A stretch of 64,000 nt of DNA from Octopus sinensis. Taxonomy: Eukaryota. A model generated the notes under the pieces. That model was not told the origin of the DNA. It saw only the letters and a list, made by a program, of their open reading frames with translations, and did no database searches. Below are positions 37,041 through 50,580 of the stretch, in pieces. The DNA lies in the NCBI RefSeq assembly GCF_006345805.1, contig NC_042998.1, forward strand, positions 177,134,001 to 177,198,000, given 5' to 3'. The position numbers were made by a program, and so were the translations under genes. The stretch's first letter is position 1. Every line of letters begins with the position of its first letter.

Positions 37041-37866
37041 AGACAGTACAACTACAACCACAACCACTACAATCACAGCAGCCATTAGTACCATCACTAC
37101 AAGATCCATACTTAACGTACAGGCACTCGAGAGGCCAGTTACTGCGGTATTTGTCTTGGGGTAACATCAGTTATGAACGTGAAGTGTTAAAAACACAACA
37201 AATATCATAAAGAGCGAAAGAGACGAAAATTCGCCCTATCAGCAGCCAACGAGAACGCCAGACAAAGATCGACATGTCTTGGCCTTTTCAATGGCGCGTA
37301 CTTTCAGCCAGCCACCGAATATGTACACATTAAGTATGATACTTAGATGTCTATTTTAATTTAATACTACTTCAATTGCGTATAACAAATTTTTTATATA
37401 CTTCTGGTTTCTTGAGATATGACTGAAGATGTGATTTCTTAATGTAGTCTACCCTGGCCATTAACATATTGGAACCCTCACACTTTAAGGTAAGGAAGCA
37501 TTTACTATTGTACAATACCGACACTGCTTACAGTGGTGAGACACTAATTTCTTATGGTACTTATTACAACCAAGTAGACTGGGCAATATAAAGAATTAAG
37601 TGCCCCCCCCCACCCGCACAAACAATTCTGATTCCTCAGCCGGGCGTCCATTACTCTGTTAAGGTACATTATTTAATCATTTCCAAGATTGAAAGTCAAT
37701 GCTGATCTTTGATGATATTTGATTCTGAGGTATTCAGCTCGACGTATAAACATTCATGCCAATACTGATTATAAATTCCATATTCTGCTTACTATCCCTT
37801 AATTAGATCTTAACTCCACCCTACGTTACCAACCACACTGATTACTACACTATAATGTACTCATCT

Positions 37867-38193
37867 GTGAGGGCGCGTGGCTTAGTGGTTAGGGCATTCG
37901 GCTCATGATCGTAAGGTTGTGAGTTCGATTCCCGGCGACGCGTTGTGTCCTTGAGCAAGACACTTTATTTCACGTTGCTCCAGTCCACTCAGCTGGCAAA
38001 AATGAGTTGTACTTGTATTTAAAAGGGTCAGCCTTGTCACTCTCTGTGTCACGCTGATTATCCCCGAGAACTACGTTAAGGGTACACGTGTCTGTGGAAT
38101 GCTCAGCCATTTGCACGTTAATTTCACGAGCAAGCTGTTCCGTTGATCGTATCAGCTGGGACCCTCGTCGTCGTAACCGGCGGAGTCTTTTTA
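37867..38193 (+). mobile_element. tRNA-derived SINE family C, full length with 13-bp TSD
   Basis: A box (tggcttagtggtt) and B box (gagttcgattccc), central ccttgagcaagacac..cagtccactcagctgg segment; TSD aatgtactcatct at 37854-37866 and 38194-38206. Confidence 0.92.
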
Positions 38194-38822
38194 AATGTAC
38201 TCATCTATAATTTGGTTCACATCATGGAAGAATACATTTCAGTAAACTTACATGCTATATGGCTGACCCCATAATGCGGCATTGCTCCTAGCAGAGCATC
38301 AACTGCTCAACTGCAATATCTAACATATATCAAAAATAGCTATCAGATCTGCACATCATATTTTGCGTCTTTGAAAAGAAGGATAAGTGAGACAATGAAT
38401 GACTATTGCTGTACTGCTACGAATAAAGTACGGGCTGATCAGAGGTGTACGCAACAATATTAGCTTAATATATTATGGCATCTCGTTATAACATTCACCG
38501 CGTTACGAGACCAACTACTTTTCGACTTTCGTCACACCACGGCATTGGTCAACAACGTTCAACAGCATCCGCTTAGACAGAAGAGACTCACAATATCTAT
38601 AATGTTAGCAGGAGGATGTTGTTACAGAGAGAGGGTTCATATCAATTATTGATTCATTTTACGCACAGCTGATGTAGAATGAAACGTTGAAGACATGTTT
38701 ATTCTCAATCAGCATTATGTTTCCATTGTTGGGTGGTTTATGTTTGTTGCCAATAGAGAAAAAGTGGTTATTTACCCCAGTCCTGCTGTCCTCTTTTTAC
38801 TTTTTAATATTTAGTCCTATAA

Positions 38823-39030
38823 GGGCGGCGACGCGACAAAATCGTTATCAAACCGGGTAAAATGCTTAGCAGTATTTCGTCTGTCTTTATGTTCTGAGTT
38901 AAAATGCCACCGGGATCGACTTTGCTTTTCGGGATCGATAAAATAAGTACCAGTTGAGCACTAGGGTTAATCCAATCAATTTAACCCCTCCCCCGAAATT
39001 GCTGGCTTTGTGCGAAAATTTGAAGCCAAT
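38823..39030 (+). mobile_element. SINE family B, diverged
   Basis: gggcggcgacgcgacaaaatcgtta...aatgcttagcagtatttcgtctgtc..gttctgagtt..gatcgactttgc..gatcgataaaataagtaccagttgagcac. Confidence 0.8.
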
Positions 39031-39110
39031 AATTTGTCCTATGAGATGGGACTGAGTTCGTACTCTTTGCAGACTCTCGCAGATTAGTGAGATTAGTGTA
39101 GTTGATGTAC

Positions 39111-39231
39111 CAATTGAATTTCTATCGGTTGAAATTTGAAGAAATCGGGGTGGGAGCGGTTTAAAAGGATTCTCGTTCTGGGGACAAAGAACTAAATGAA
39201 ATATTTTATATGGGGACTCATCTTGGTTATG
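39111..39231 (-). CDS. Candidate exon of an unidentified host gene (HNQDESPYKIFHLVLCPQNENPFKPLPPRFLQISTDRNSI)
   Basis: Strong acceptor ttgttttcctcatttcatcatctctacag, donor TTG|GTACAT; 121 nt; only phase 0 is open. Confidence 0.45.
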
Positions 39232-39683
39232 CTGTAGAGATGATGAAATGAGGAAAACAAGTGGATCTCCATGATAAAACGCATAGTAGTTGAGAGGAAA
39301 GAAGAAAAAAAAAGTATTTGCGGAAAAGAAAGGTAGAGAGAGAATACTGTTTGTTGGTGCAATAGTACTTTTCAGATGCAATTTAGAGAGTTGTGTAGTA
39401 GCTGCACTTTACTATGGTAATCTCTTTCTCTTTGTGGCACACTTTAATGGAAACTGTATCCAATATACTCTAGTACTCAATTATTAATTGAAAAAACGAA
39501 AAAAAAATAAAGAAAAGAAATCAATGCTATAATGTATCGATGATATATCGATAATTGCATTGCGAATCTTGTCATCACAATAAAGGGGAAAATAAGGAAA
39601 CAGAAACAAAACTAATATTCTAGAAATAATAATTTCTCTTATTCCTGATTAGAAAATCGTAACAATAATTTCTGAACAAATAC

Positions 39684-39787
39684 ACCAGTTTGTCTTGCTA
39701 CGGAGTCTTGGGTTTTGCGGCAGAAGTAGCTGTCTGCTGGTTCCACAACAAGAGTATAGCGCCAGTGATTATTTAGGCTACCTGCTT
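39684..39787 (-). CDS. Candidate exon (xAGSLNNHWRYTLVVEPADSYFCRKTQDSVARQTG)
   Basis: Acceptor aatttcag, donor GGT|GTATTT; 104 nt, phase 1 in, phase 0 out, compatible with the next exon at 39231. Confidence 0.3.
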
Positions 39788-42429
39788 CTGAAATTTTTAC
39801 CAGTTACATACGGCCAGCATCTAACCTCTTTTGACCAATAAGTCAAAATAATTAGAAGTGGAAAGCACCACTAAGTTGATTTTCAAAAAGTTTTCCAAAA
39901 ATAAGTCTGCTTATGAGATTCGTTTTTGAGATTTTTCCTATTGAGACATCTTGTTCATAAGCCAAAGTCAGTTTTGTTGGTTATACTTGGAATGTATGAC
40001 AGATGGTTAAAAGGAATTGAAACGAAGACAAACTGTGTAGTTGTTTTGATTTACTTTTTTCATATTTTGTGATTATTCAGCTGTTCGTTCCAATAACAAT
40101 ATCAGAGAAATTAATCAAAGACGAATAGAGATAACATGATATAACGCATAAACAAATTCATATAAGACGACAGGGACATATTAAATCAGTTAAAATTCGC
40201 ATACCATACAGATTTGCATTACCTAGAACTCCATCTCACGACAATTAACTTTGCAGCTAAATTTACATCAAGCAATCAAAAAATATATTTAAAAGAAAGA
40301 AAAGGATTGTCAAAAATATTAAATATAAAATAAAATATATATAAAAAAAGTCATTATTATTCAAACTAATGTTACTCTTGTCGATTCAATCTTTTTTTTT
40401 TAGCGTCCTTTTTTTTAATTTCTCACTGCAACTATTTTTAATCAGTTGCAATTTTGTTTGTTTATTTCTTCCATTTATTTCCGATTTACTTTAATCAACT
40501 TAGATCATTGCCAAAATAGCTTAGTAAGAATTCTTTTCTGGCGCAAATTCATCTTTGTAATATGCAAGTGTGACACCATTAAGTATTCTTCTCGCCAACG
40601 CAGAATCGACCGCTCCAATACCACCATCTTATTTCTATCTATTGTAAATTATATTATAATTTTGCAGACGTATTACGACTGGGTGTGCTGTTCTTTGTTG
40701 TGCAACTTTGTGTGAATATCTGTCACGTAACCAGTCGAACATCTGGAAGTTAATTTGCGCTCCGTCATACAAATCACATCTAGTTTTTGTCACTTGTTTT
40801 GTATTTTAATGGCTATTTCAATTTCTTTCGTTGTATTATATCTTATTTAGCCAATTTTTTTTCACGTACGTCACTAGTGTTGGCGAGAAAGGCATGACAA
40901 TCACACAATCTCATTCCCAATACCTATAAATTTATGATGCCTACCTATGGTAAGATTGTTTCTTCTTCTTCTTCTTCTTCTTCTTCTTCCCATGAATACT
41001 AATGTCTTCTATTGGGTACAAGGCTCTAAATTTCCTTGGGTGAAGGACAATAAATCAACGAAGACCTCTCAGAGTTGATGACTATAAAAATACGAACCAA
41101 CGAGAGATAGAGAGAGAGAGAGAGAAGGAGAGAGAGAGAAGGAGAGAGGGAGAGAAGAGAGAGAAATTGAAGAGTTGAGTACCTTACCTATTAGAACTTG
41201 CTGCTGAATCTCCCTCGGATTACAGATAGATTCTTAAATAGATGACATATTGATAGATTCGTCAAAACTTGGAACAAAATGCTTTGCATTATTGTGTTCT
41301 GGTTCTATATGGTCATAGTTTAAATCCCCGCTTTGTCGACTTTGCCTTGTATTTTTTTCTGTACCTGATCGATACATTAAAGAGCCAGCAGAACAGGACG
41401 ATAGACTAGTGGAACTTTTTGCGTGTCAGATGAGAATCTTTACGGCATTTGGCCCGTTGTCCTGAATTCAAATCTCAGTGAAGTCGACTTCACCTTTTAT
41501 TTGCTTTTCTTTTTCAGATCGAAAAATTAAAGTACTAGCAACACTCATAGTTAGATTCGTGGAATTATTTTTATGTTCAGGTGAGATACTTTTACACTAA
41601 ATATTCAATCGTTCGACGCTTTGAGTTCATCTCCCGAAAATTGATGAAATAAAATACGAGCAGCACAAACTGTTAAATTGATAGAATTATTTGAGCGTCT
41701 GATGAGAGTCCTTGTGATATTTGCTCTTTGCACTTTGAGTTCTTTGTATAGTTGCTCGATTGCTCACCTGGTTTAACACTACTTCAGTAACGCCATTTGT
41801 GCTTTAGGAGTTAAGGCAGTAACTTCGTGGCAAAATTTTACTTTTGGAGTAAAAAAAATCGTTTTTTGAGCCATATCTTTCCTGGTGACAGCCCGCCAGT
41901 GCGATACACATGTGCAGTCATAATGCTATGGAGTTGGCCTTCATGAGGTAGAGACCCGAGTGCCAAGTTGGAAACAATAGGCTTGTTACAGCCTACCCGT
42001 GTAACAACTAGACCCGGTGTCCCGTATATAGATAATAGACTCTACCGTCGAAGACAACATATGACGTTCAGCTTTTGTCGAATGACCTGCACAAATGATT
42101 TGTTTATAGTGATCAAATGTTCGGGCTGTTGTTGTTGTTGGTGTTGTTGTTAAGCAACAAGACGGGTAAGGGTGATTAGGTGATGGTCTAGGGCTTAGGG
42201 GCGGGAGACCTTGGAAAAAACTTTGGTCGTCTTGTTGTATTCGAAGGCTCTTCGCTGACGCCCGACACCACTGGGAGGTGGCCCTCGAAGTCGCTGGAAA
42301 TGGAGATCTCCAGGTTCAAATTCTTGAACGGTAAATGTTCGTGCTGCACATTACCTCAACCCCCAATCAAATCGACGTTTCCTGAACAGATACACGGTGT
42401 AAAGCGCGTCAGGTGTCGAAGTGACCACA

Positions 42430-42545
42430 GAATTAGGTGAGATGAAGTGTTTTGCTCGAGGACACAACATCCCCACCTGGTCCCAAAAAATTGAAATCAC
42501 GATCCCGCAATCATGAATGCAACGCCCTAGCCACTAGGTCCTGTT
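42430..42545 (-). mobile_element. Diverged SINE family C head
   Basis: Minus strand ggacctagtggctagggcgttgcattcatgattgcgggatcgtgatttcaat...gttgtgtcctcgagcaaaacacttcatctcac aligns to 37870-37975. Confidence 0.65.
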
Positions 42546-43129
42546 TTATTTTGGAGGAGTAACTATGTGAATAATAATTAGGTGCAGCGGAGGTAGACTG
42601 GGTGCGTAGGGAGGATGAATAGAGAAATAGAGGAGGAAAGTATGTGTTATAGGGTGATGAAAACTTATGGTGAAGATACCTAATTTGCTTTCATACAAGA
42701 ATTTTGTTATTGTTTGGTCTTCAGTCACGCGTGGAGGTAAAGGCGTAAACAGATGAGTCAAACTTAGAACATGACACTTTCTATAGAAAGTTGATTTTTG
42801 TTGTATTAATTTAGGGTTCGCAAAAGAATGTATTTTGATAAATTAGTTAGCCCCTCAGCGTAATGGGTGTGGTGTTATTAGATTTCTATTTGGAAATTTT
42901 AAACTAGATACTTTAGGAAGGTTAGAATTAAGGAGACTGTATTGCTATAAGTTAGTGCAAAAAATTGTAAGGGTTTTTAAGTATTTCTAGCCAGGTTATT
43001 CGATTTTATAGTGTATTATTGTGGAAAAATGCATACATGAAACAATATGATGTTAGTTATATATCCAGATGAATGTATAAGGATGATACAGTTTTCCGTA
43101 GATATATCCATCTACAAGGAAATATAAAT

Positions 43130-43355
43130 GTAATTCCTCGTAATCCTTCGACTATCCGGATGTTACGTTCTAAAACCCCCGCAATAGATGAAAATCCGCG
43201 AAGTAGAAACAGTACTTATAATGTATTTTTTAAAATTATTTTTATTATTTGTATATATTTATTTTATCATAAACGCAAAACAACAACACGAAGGAATCGA
43301 CATGAGCTTAAATAATAAACCGCGATAGGTGAACCACGATAGGTGAACTGCGCAG
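43130..43355. mobile_element. Tigger/pogo-like MITE remnant
   Basis: Left end taatccttcgactatccggatgttacgttctaaaacccccgcaatagatgaaaatccgcgaagtag and right-side ccgcgataggtgaaccacgataggtgaac repeats; right TIR not recovered. Classification is from recalled MITE architecture. Confidence 0.45.
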
Positions 43356-43504
43356 AGGTGTGTGTGTGTGCGCGCGCGTGTGTGTGTGTGTGTGTGTGTA
43401 TGTGTGTGTGTGTGTGTGTGCATTATGCATGTATCTGTATATATGTAACCTATATTTAAACAGGGCTAATTTAGTTGTTTCTCTATAGATTGAAAAACAT
43501 GATG

Positions 43505-43552
43505 AACAGCCTTACACGATTTTCGAATCTTATTGGATTCTCATCAGGGGCG
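43505..43552 (-). ncRNA. Minimal hammerhead ribozyme-like motif (different family)
   Basis: Minus strand gccc-CTGATGA-gaatc/caataa/gattc-GAAA-atcgt-GTA-aggc; perfect 5-bp stem II; stems I and III carry mismatches. Confidence 0.5.
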
Positions 43553-44031
43553 TCTCCGCCAATTTGGCCAATACGAGAGGAACAAGCAGCTAATCTGTTG
43601 ATATACTCGACAGTTACAGATAACTGCAGCCACTAATTTACATGCCATAAAATGCTAAATGCTTTATCTTTAAATATCAAGGAACTGTCAGGTATACACT
43701 ACTATAACACTCATCTGCTTGTACTCATTCATATACGTGCCCGATTTTACAAATACATACACATACATACATACATTTCGTATTTCATGTTGTTTTCGTT
43801 TTCTGACGTCCTGAACCCATGCATGCGTACCTATATAAATATATATGTATGTATGTACATATATGCATGTATAGTTGCATATATATGTATATATATATAT
43901 ATAATATATATATATATATGTATATATATATATGTATGTATGTATATATATGTATATGTATGTATATGTATATATATATACATATATATATATATACATA
44001 TATATATTATATACATGTACGTATGTTTATA

Positions 44032-44088
<57 letters not shown>

Positions 44089-44491
44089 ATATCACATTCA
44101 AAATTTTTAGATACATATAAGAAACATGCTAGTGTATTACAGTGAGTTCCATAGACCTGCTTAAACTTGTTTGTGATGTCAGAGAATAATATGGCTACAG
44201 CTAAAAATTTAAGTGTTGGGATGTAACCATGACACTCCTACAGCTTGTTTCATGATATATTTTCCCAACACATGCTCCACACATGCCATGCGTTGATTGA
44301 ACACTTTGCAAGATAGTTATTCCATGAAAAATGAAATAACATAGATAAAGTGAAAGTCGAAACCGGATATATCTTCATCGCCGCCTTGTTTATTTTTCTT
44401 CATTTAAGAATGTTGTTTTGACTGACAAAAAGCATTCCTTGTTAGTACAAGTATTATAAGAGAGAGACACATACATACATTTATATATATA

Positions 44492-44882
44492 CTAGCAATA
44501 TCACCCGGTGTTGCTTGGGTTTGTTTCGACGCAATAGAATTGGAATTTTTGAAAACTAAAAATTTTGCATTATGCAACTTGTTATTCTCTTCAAGTGAAC
44601 ATTTTTCCAGTTGAAATACACCGAAAAATGGTTATACAGCAGTCAAAAATCGTAAAAAATAGGGATTTTCATAGAAAAAAAGCACCTTTTTGATGTAAAT
44701 AATTTTTGGTGTTAACATGGTCCGATTTGAATTTTATCTTCTACAGAATGAAGAGCAAGACTTCTTCTATCATACTCTCAATTTTGGTCAACTTGCGCCG
44801 CAGGGTCTCGAAGGAGATAGTGTTAGTTGAAGGCTACCAAACCTGCCACACACACAGACAACTTCAGCTTTATATATATAGA
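44492..44882 (-). mobile_element. Non-autonomous Helitron
   Basis: Minus strand begins TCtatatatataaagc and ends with hairpin acccaagcaacaccggg followed by CTAG; inserted between A and T with no TSD. Confidence 0.88.
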
Positions 44883-44889
44883 TTTGCTA

Positions 44890-45600
44890 TACACTAATTT
44901 CCATCCTTAATAATGAAACTTGGTAGATCCAAAAGTTAAACACACATACACACACACAGATACACACGCAAACACACAAGTTGAGTTTTATATATAGAGA
45001 TTTCTCAACGGGGATTTCAGGGGAGAGTTTCAGGGAGTCGCTGGCGATGTATCGTGATGATCAAAAATCTAGCCTGCTAAAATTTGGTTAAAGTGATTCA
45101 AACTGCAGACTCAACGCAAAATAGTCACATTTAATTCAAAGCGTTAAAAATGTTATGAAAACAATTGGTATGTGTTCACAAAGTCCAAACGATTAATACG
45201 AAAAAACCCTCCAGGCTACATCCCGAAAATTAATTTCTTTGCCGAATTTCTACAATGTTTACGGCAATTCGTTTTTATATCTTGATTTTTTTTATTATTC
45301 ATGCAATTTAAGCATGCTTGCACGCGTCGTGAACACAGTTCACGTCAAACAGCTGACTGAGTAAAGTTCACTATTCAATGCATGGGATAAGGCCTAAACA
45401 AACACATTATCGATTTTTGCACTTGCGAGATGAATTTCGGAACAGAAATAGCGCAGTTCAATTTTCATTTGCCTAAACTTTAAGTGACCCATATTTGGTG
45501 GGTCTACGATTTGTTGGCTAGGAGGAGATGTGCCGGGAAGTTAAACACACAGGCACACACACAGATACACACACAGACAAACAAGTTGAGTTTTATATAA

Positions 45601-45605
<5 letters not shown>
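44890..45605 (-). mobile_element. Two further Helitron 5'-end fragments
   Basis: acaagttgagttttatata preceded by aagttaaacacac..cacagatacac at ~44935-44998 and ~45540-45600, the same terminal architecture as 44850-44882. Confidence 0.55.
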
Positions 45606-45650
<45 letters not shown>

Positions 45651-45691
45651 CTCTGTGTGTGTGTGTGTGTGTCTGTGTGTGTCTGTGTGTG

Positions 45692-45725
<34 letters not shown>

Positions 45726-47362
45726 TGTATGTATGTATGTATGTATGTATATTACTCAATACATAGAATAGAATATGTATATTTTGTTAGAAGGTAAAGC
45801 TTACTGAATAGTAATTCCTAGTTTTATGTTAAGTGTTATTCGAAATACTGAAGTAAGAAAGCTGCGCGACAATATGTAAGCAGCAATATTTGTGCACATT
45901 CCGAAATGTTAAAAAGCCAAAACTAAATAGAAATTTGATTGGTAGCAGAAAGTTCTGTGTGCAAACAAGACTGTTATTGTTGATGAATAAATTAAGACTG
46001 TTTTATTGATTTATATGCCCATCTTCCAGGGTATGGCAAATCCATAATGTAAAAATAAATTGTCTAAAGGTGTTAATAGATGGAAATTTCTGAATAATAA
46101 GCGACAAAAGCATCTGCTAGAATTCCCTAAAACGGTAATCCAATGTTCATCGAGAGAGAAAAATCACAGTCGATTTATATTTGTTAACCCTGTTATCCTT
46201 TTTAACTTCAGATAACTTACCAAGTACCTGAAAGAATACATATTTTGCGAGAATATTTTTTCTGAAAGAATTTGCGGTAAGCTTCTTGGAACTTATCATT
46301 TTTATGTTAACTGCAAGGGATACTCTACAGAGGTAAATATTGCTTTTGAAAGAAGATTGTTGAGTAGACAGCTATTAGAATTCTTGAAATTACAAAAGGG
46401 GAAAACTTGCTTGTCTTGCTAGAAAGGTTTGTTCTGTTTATCCCGAATATAGAAGCAGCGAAACGTTGACGCATATACAGTTCGCCTTAGCATTGAATAT
46501 CTTATGTTATTTATAGTGTACAGGAAAATGCTTCTTCAAACGTTTAGGAAAATTTTGGCAAAATCAAAACAAATATTTAAACTACAGTGAGTATTGTACC
46601 ACATAATATTTCATTTCTTATTATTGTGCTCATGGATATTAGCATTTTTCTTCACTCAGCGTATTCTGTCTTTGAGTGCGTCAATATAATACTTTGCAGC
46701 ACACTTAAATCTCCGCTAACAAAAGTTGTTACGTAATATATATATATATACATTTAGTCATACTACTTCCCTTTCTAGACATATCTGGACTATAAACGAT
46801 AATAAAATTTAGATTTATGAAATCGATTGTCCGTTATAGAATACACGTTAGCCTATATTTATGCTCCAGATCTAATCTGTTTCTCGGAGAAATATGTTAC
46901 TACACTTTACCCTTTTTAGCTATTTCAAAATAAACAAATAAATAGACAAATAAATGATCGTAATTGGGGAAAGCTTGCAGCACTATTTATTATTTTCCAA
47001 CAACCAACCAGCAAAAACAGTTTTGCTTTTTAAATAATGAATTAGCTACACTCTGAAAGATGGTCATATAAACTGTAAACAGCTTTAATCTATTCACTAA
47101 CACCGAAATTTCATTAACAATAACCAGTCTCTTTTGCATACGTGTGATGTATACTTGTAATACACATAATGCGAACAGAGAAAAATATGCGCATGACAAG
47201 GGAATGGATATTTTTAACAGGTTTTTCAGCAACCAATCAAATATCTATATGGTTTTGACTTTTCATATTTCGGTGCGCTTACCGATAGAATTGCGCATAT
47301 GTATTGCCACGTTAGTGCTATCTTGCAATGGTTAAGTGTTACGATTCAGAGAACCTGATAAA

Positions 47363-47613
47363 TACATAATACATACATACATACATACATACATCCATAC
47401 ATACATACACACATACATGCATGCATGTATGCATACATACATACATACATACATACATACATACATGCATACATACATACATACATACATACATACATAC
47501 ACACATACATACATGCATGTATACATACATACATACATACACACATGCATACATACATACATACATACATACATACATACATACATACATACACACATAC
47601 ATACATACATACA

Positions 47614-47646
<33 letters not shown>

Positions 47647-47779
47647 GCATACATACATACATACATACATGTATGCATGCATGCATACATACATACATAC
47701 ATATAAACATATGCATACATTTGTGTGTATGTATATGTGTTTATGTATACATATATATCCATCTCTCTCTCTCTCTCTG

Positions 47780-47842
<63 letters not shown>

Positions 47843-47860
47843 CTCTCTCTATATATATAA
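47363..47860. repeat. (CATA)n (~350 bp) then (TC)n/(TCTA)n
   Basis: Directly visible. Confidence 0.95.
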
Positions 47861-47909
47861 TATCCAGCATTATTTTATAATAAACTATATATGGTACAAT
47901 GTGTGTACA

Positions 47910-47941
<32 letters not shown>

Positions 47942-48146
47942 CTGTCTATCAATCTACCTAACTCTGGGAGAGTGCACGCGCGCGCGCGTATTTACACATA
48001 TATTTACATATGCATATAAAAGCTACTTTGCTTTTACGTACACAAATTCATTCCTACGACAAATTTGAAATTTTGCTTGTTTAATTTTGTTCTTCATAAA
48101 ATCATATCGGCGTCAGCCACTTATACAATTTACACGAATTCTGTTC

Positions 48147-48246
48147 NNNNNNNNNNNNNNNNNNNNNNNNNNNNNNNNNNNNNNNNNNNNNNNNNNNNNN
48201 NNNNNNNNNNNNNNNNNNNNNNNNNNNNNNNNNNNNNNNNNNNNNN
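48147..48246. other. Assembly gap (100 N)
   Basis: Run of exactly 100 N, typical of a scaffolding join of unknown size. Confidence 0.98.
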
Positions 48247-49486
48247 CGTTTGTTGTTAAAATAATTAATTCTCAATTCTCCATGCCCATCTTGTAGACTG
48301 TATTATTAATGAGTGTTTCCATCGTTTCATAGAAGTTTTACTATATATCTATCATTCAACTACAGTAGTAGTTGAATAATATTCTTAAGGCCGCAATTTA
48401 TTCACATACAGCAAATTTCAGAGCTTTTCACTAATTCAGTTCTTAACCAAATCGAAAACTGTTAACATTTTTGAAGGGGACTAATCCCTAGTTACATTTT
48501 GGCATAAAAAATTTGAGATTTGGTCCGGTAGAAAAAGTTTACATCAAAATTTATAACAACGCTATAGGAGAATAAGTAACGCGTCCAATCAAGTTTAGAT
48601 GGGGCTTTTTTATTTTAAAAGCAAAGAAAATTTATCTTAGCTTCAATGACAGAAGAAAGCATGGGGAATTTCATGGTTTTTAGCCAATGCAGCAAAAATT
48701 TGTATCAAAGAAGTTGTGAGGTACAATGTCATGGAAAAATATAAGGTATAAAAATTGGATTTAAGTATAATTAAGTTTTTTGTTTTGAAAGCAAACTATA
48801 TTTTAATTAAGCTTAAATGATAGCGCTCAATTCGAGGAATTTCATGATATCAATCTCATGCAATTAAGTTTTAAAAGAAAAAAGGTATGAATGTCTGTTT
48901 CTCAAAGTTGAAGGTGATAATATAGTTCTATACTTTTTTATGAATATAGTTCTATAAGGGGACTTTAATATATGTCACCGGCATCATTGAGATAAGGAAA
49001 AAATTATCAGCGACACCGCTAATTGATACATGAGACATTATTAATTAGTATAATGACATAGCCAGGAGAAAACGTGGATTACATGGAAAAATGCGAGCAA
49101 GAGAAATAGTATTCTTAAGATTATAAACCTGGAAACGCTTAGGAGAGTTATATATATATTATATATATATATATATATAATATATATATATAATATTATT
49201 ATTATTATCTGGTAAAGTACAGAACAAGAAAATTTTTATTTAAAATATTGCTGCTAGGATAAAATTTGAATATTGAAAATGATTTGATTCTAATTTACAA
49301 AGTAACATTACAATTAATAAAAAGGTACCATCATTTTGTTTAAATACTTAGAAAATGAGAGCCATAAGTTCAAGTTAAAATTTTCTTGTTCTGTCCTTTA
49401 CCAGATGTAATAACTTGTCCTGAAGAACTTTTCCAGGTTTATAATCTTAAGAATATTATTTCTCTTGCCCGCATTTTCCCATGTAA

Positions 49487-49626
<140 letters not shown>

Positions 49627-49639
49627 TGTGTGTCGTTCG

Positions 49640-49816
49640 CTTCGCGATTTTTTTCCTCCGTATTCCCTTCCTTGGATCTTTCCTTTTTCTATGTTCTGAC
49701 GAAGAGCTCCGCTATAAGCTATAAACTTTCTTTCCTTTCCTGAGCGTCCAATAATACTATACTTGTTCCACGTCCTCGCGTTGTTGTGTTTTCTCTTTGT
49801 GTTTTCATGTTTGGAT

Positions 49817-49825
<9 letters not shown>
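49640..49825 (+). mobile_element. Penelope-like pLTR fragment with corrupted hammerhead
   Basis: gttCTGACGA-agagc-tcc-gct- present at 49693-49713, but the expected CGAAAC is replaced by ataagctataaac; flanked by (AT)n on both sides. Confidence 0.4.
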
Positions 49826-49862
<37 letters not shown>

Positions 49863-49935
49863 ATATACATAAATGTAGAAAGTTGGAATGAATGCTCAAC
49901 ACCGTATTGGTGATAAATAATGTCTTAAAGAAATA

Positions 49936-49968
<33 letters not shown>

Positions 49969-50580
49969 CAACCTAAAATACTCGAAAGATACATATTTCA
50001 TCGACACCGGAGGAATGAGGAAGCTACAAAGATTTTAACCCATCCCGTACAATGATAAAACTAAATGTAAATTATTTAGTCTGGCGCTACAAATTGGAAA
50101 ATTTGTATTTATGCAAGAAACAATTATTGATATGTGAAAGAAAGATTCCACCATGACTTTATAATATAAAGAACTTTTTGGGATTCTACAAAATAATTTT
50201 GAAACTAAGTAGATTTATTTTGATTATCAAAGGTGTGTGCCAGGCTAAATTTGGCGAGCGGCAACAAACCTGAGACAAAAAGTAATTTGCTGCCAAATAA
50301 AGAAGGACCTGCTTTCAAGAGGGATAGCAACTAAATAATAAATCTACGGTTGATGTAGTTAAAGCTGTCTCTAGTTTATAGTAATTGCTGCTGTATGGAT
50401 AATCGGGAAGAATAAAGGTTAAAGGAAACTGAATATCGTATGATAGTATCATTACTGATCGGATTGAGCAATAATGACGGAATGTGCTGAAACCGATATA
50501 ATTTCCAAGTTGAAGGGCATGTCCCACAGATCGGCTTATACAGCAACATCGACGAGCATAATTATCAGAAAATATTGACA

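Noticed and set aside
37867-37945. Functional tRNA genes in SINE heads (also 59197-59270 and family A heads)
   Set aside because: A and B boxes are present but the cloverleaf is not; each continues into a SINE body, and two are bounded by TSDs.
40520-40790. Protein-like short frames (DGGIGAVDSALARRILNG..., MFDWLRDRYSHK..., and a plus-strand hydrophobic stretch)
   Set aside because: Competing frames on both strands, weak splice sites and no recognisable family.
41697-41720. CTGATGA followed by gagtcc, a possible hammerhead
   Set aside because: No complementary stem II strand or GAAA follows.
42165-42205. Interstitial telomeric repeat
   Set aside because: Only one or two exact TTAGGG units in a G-rich patch.
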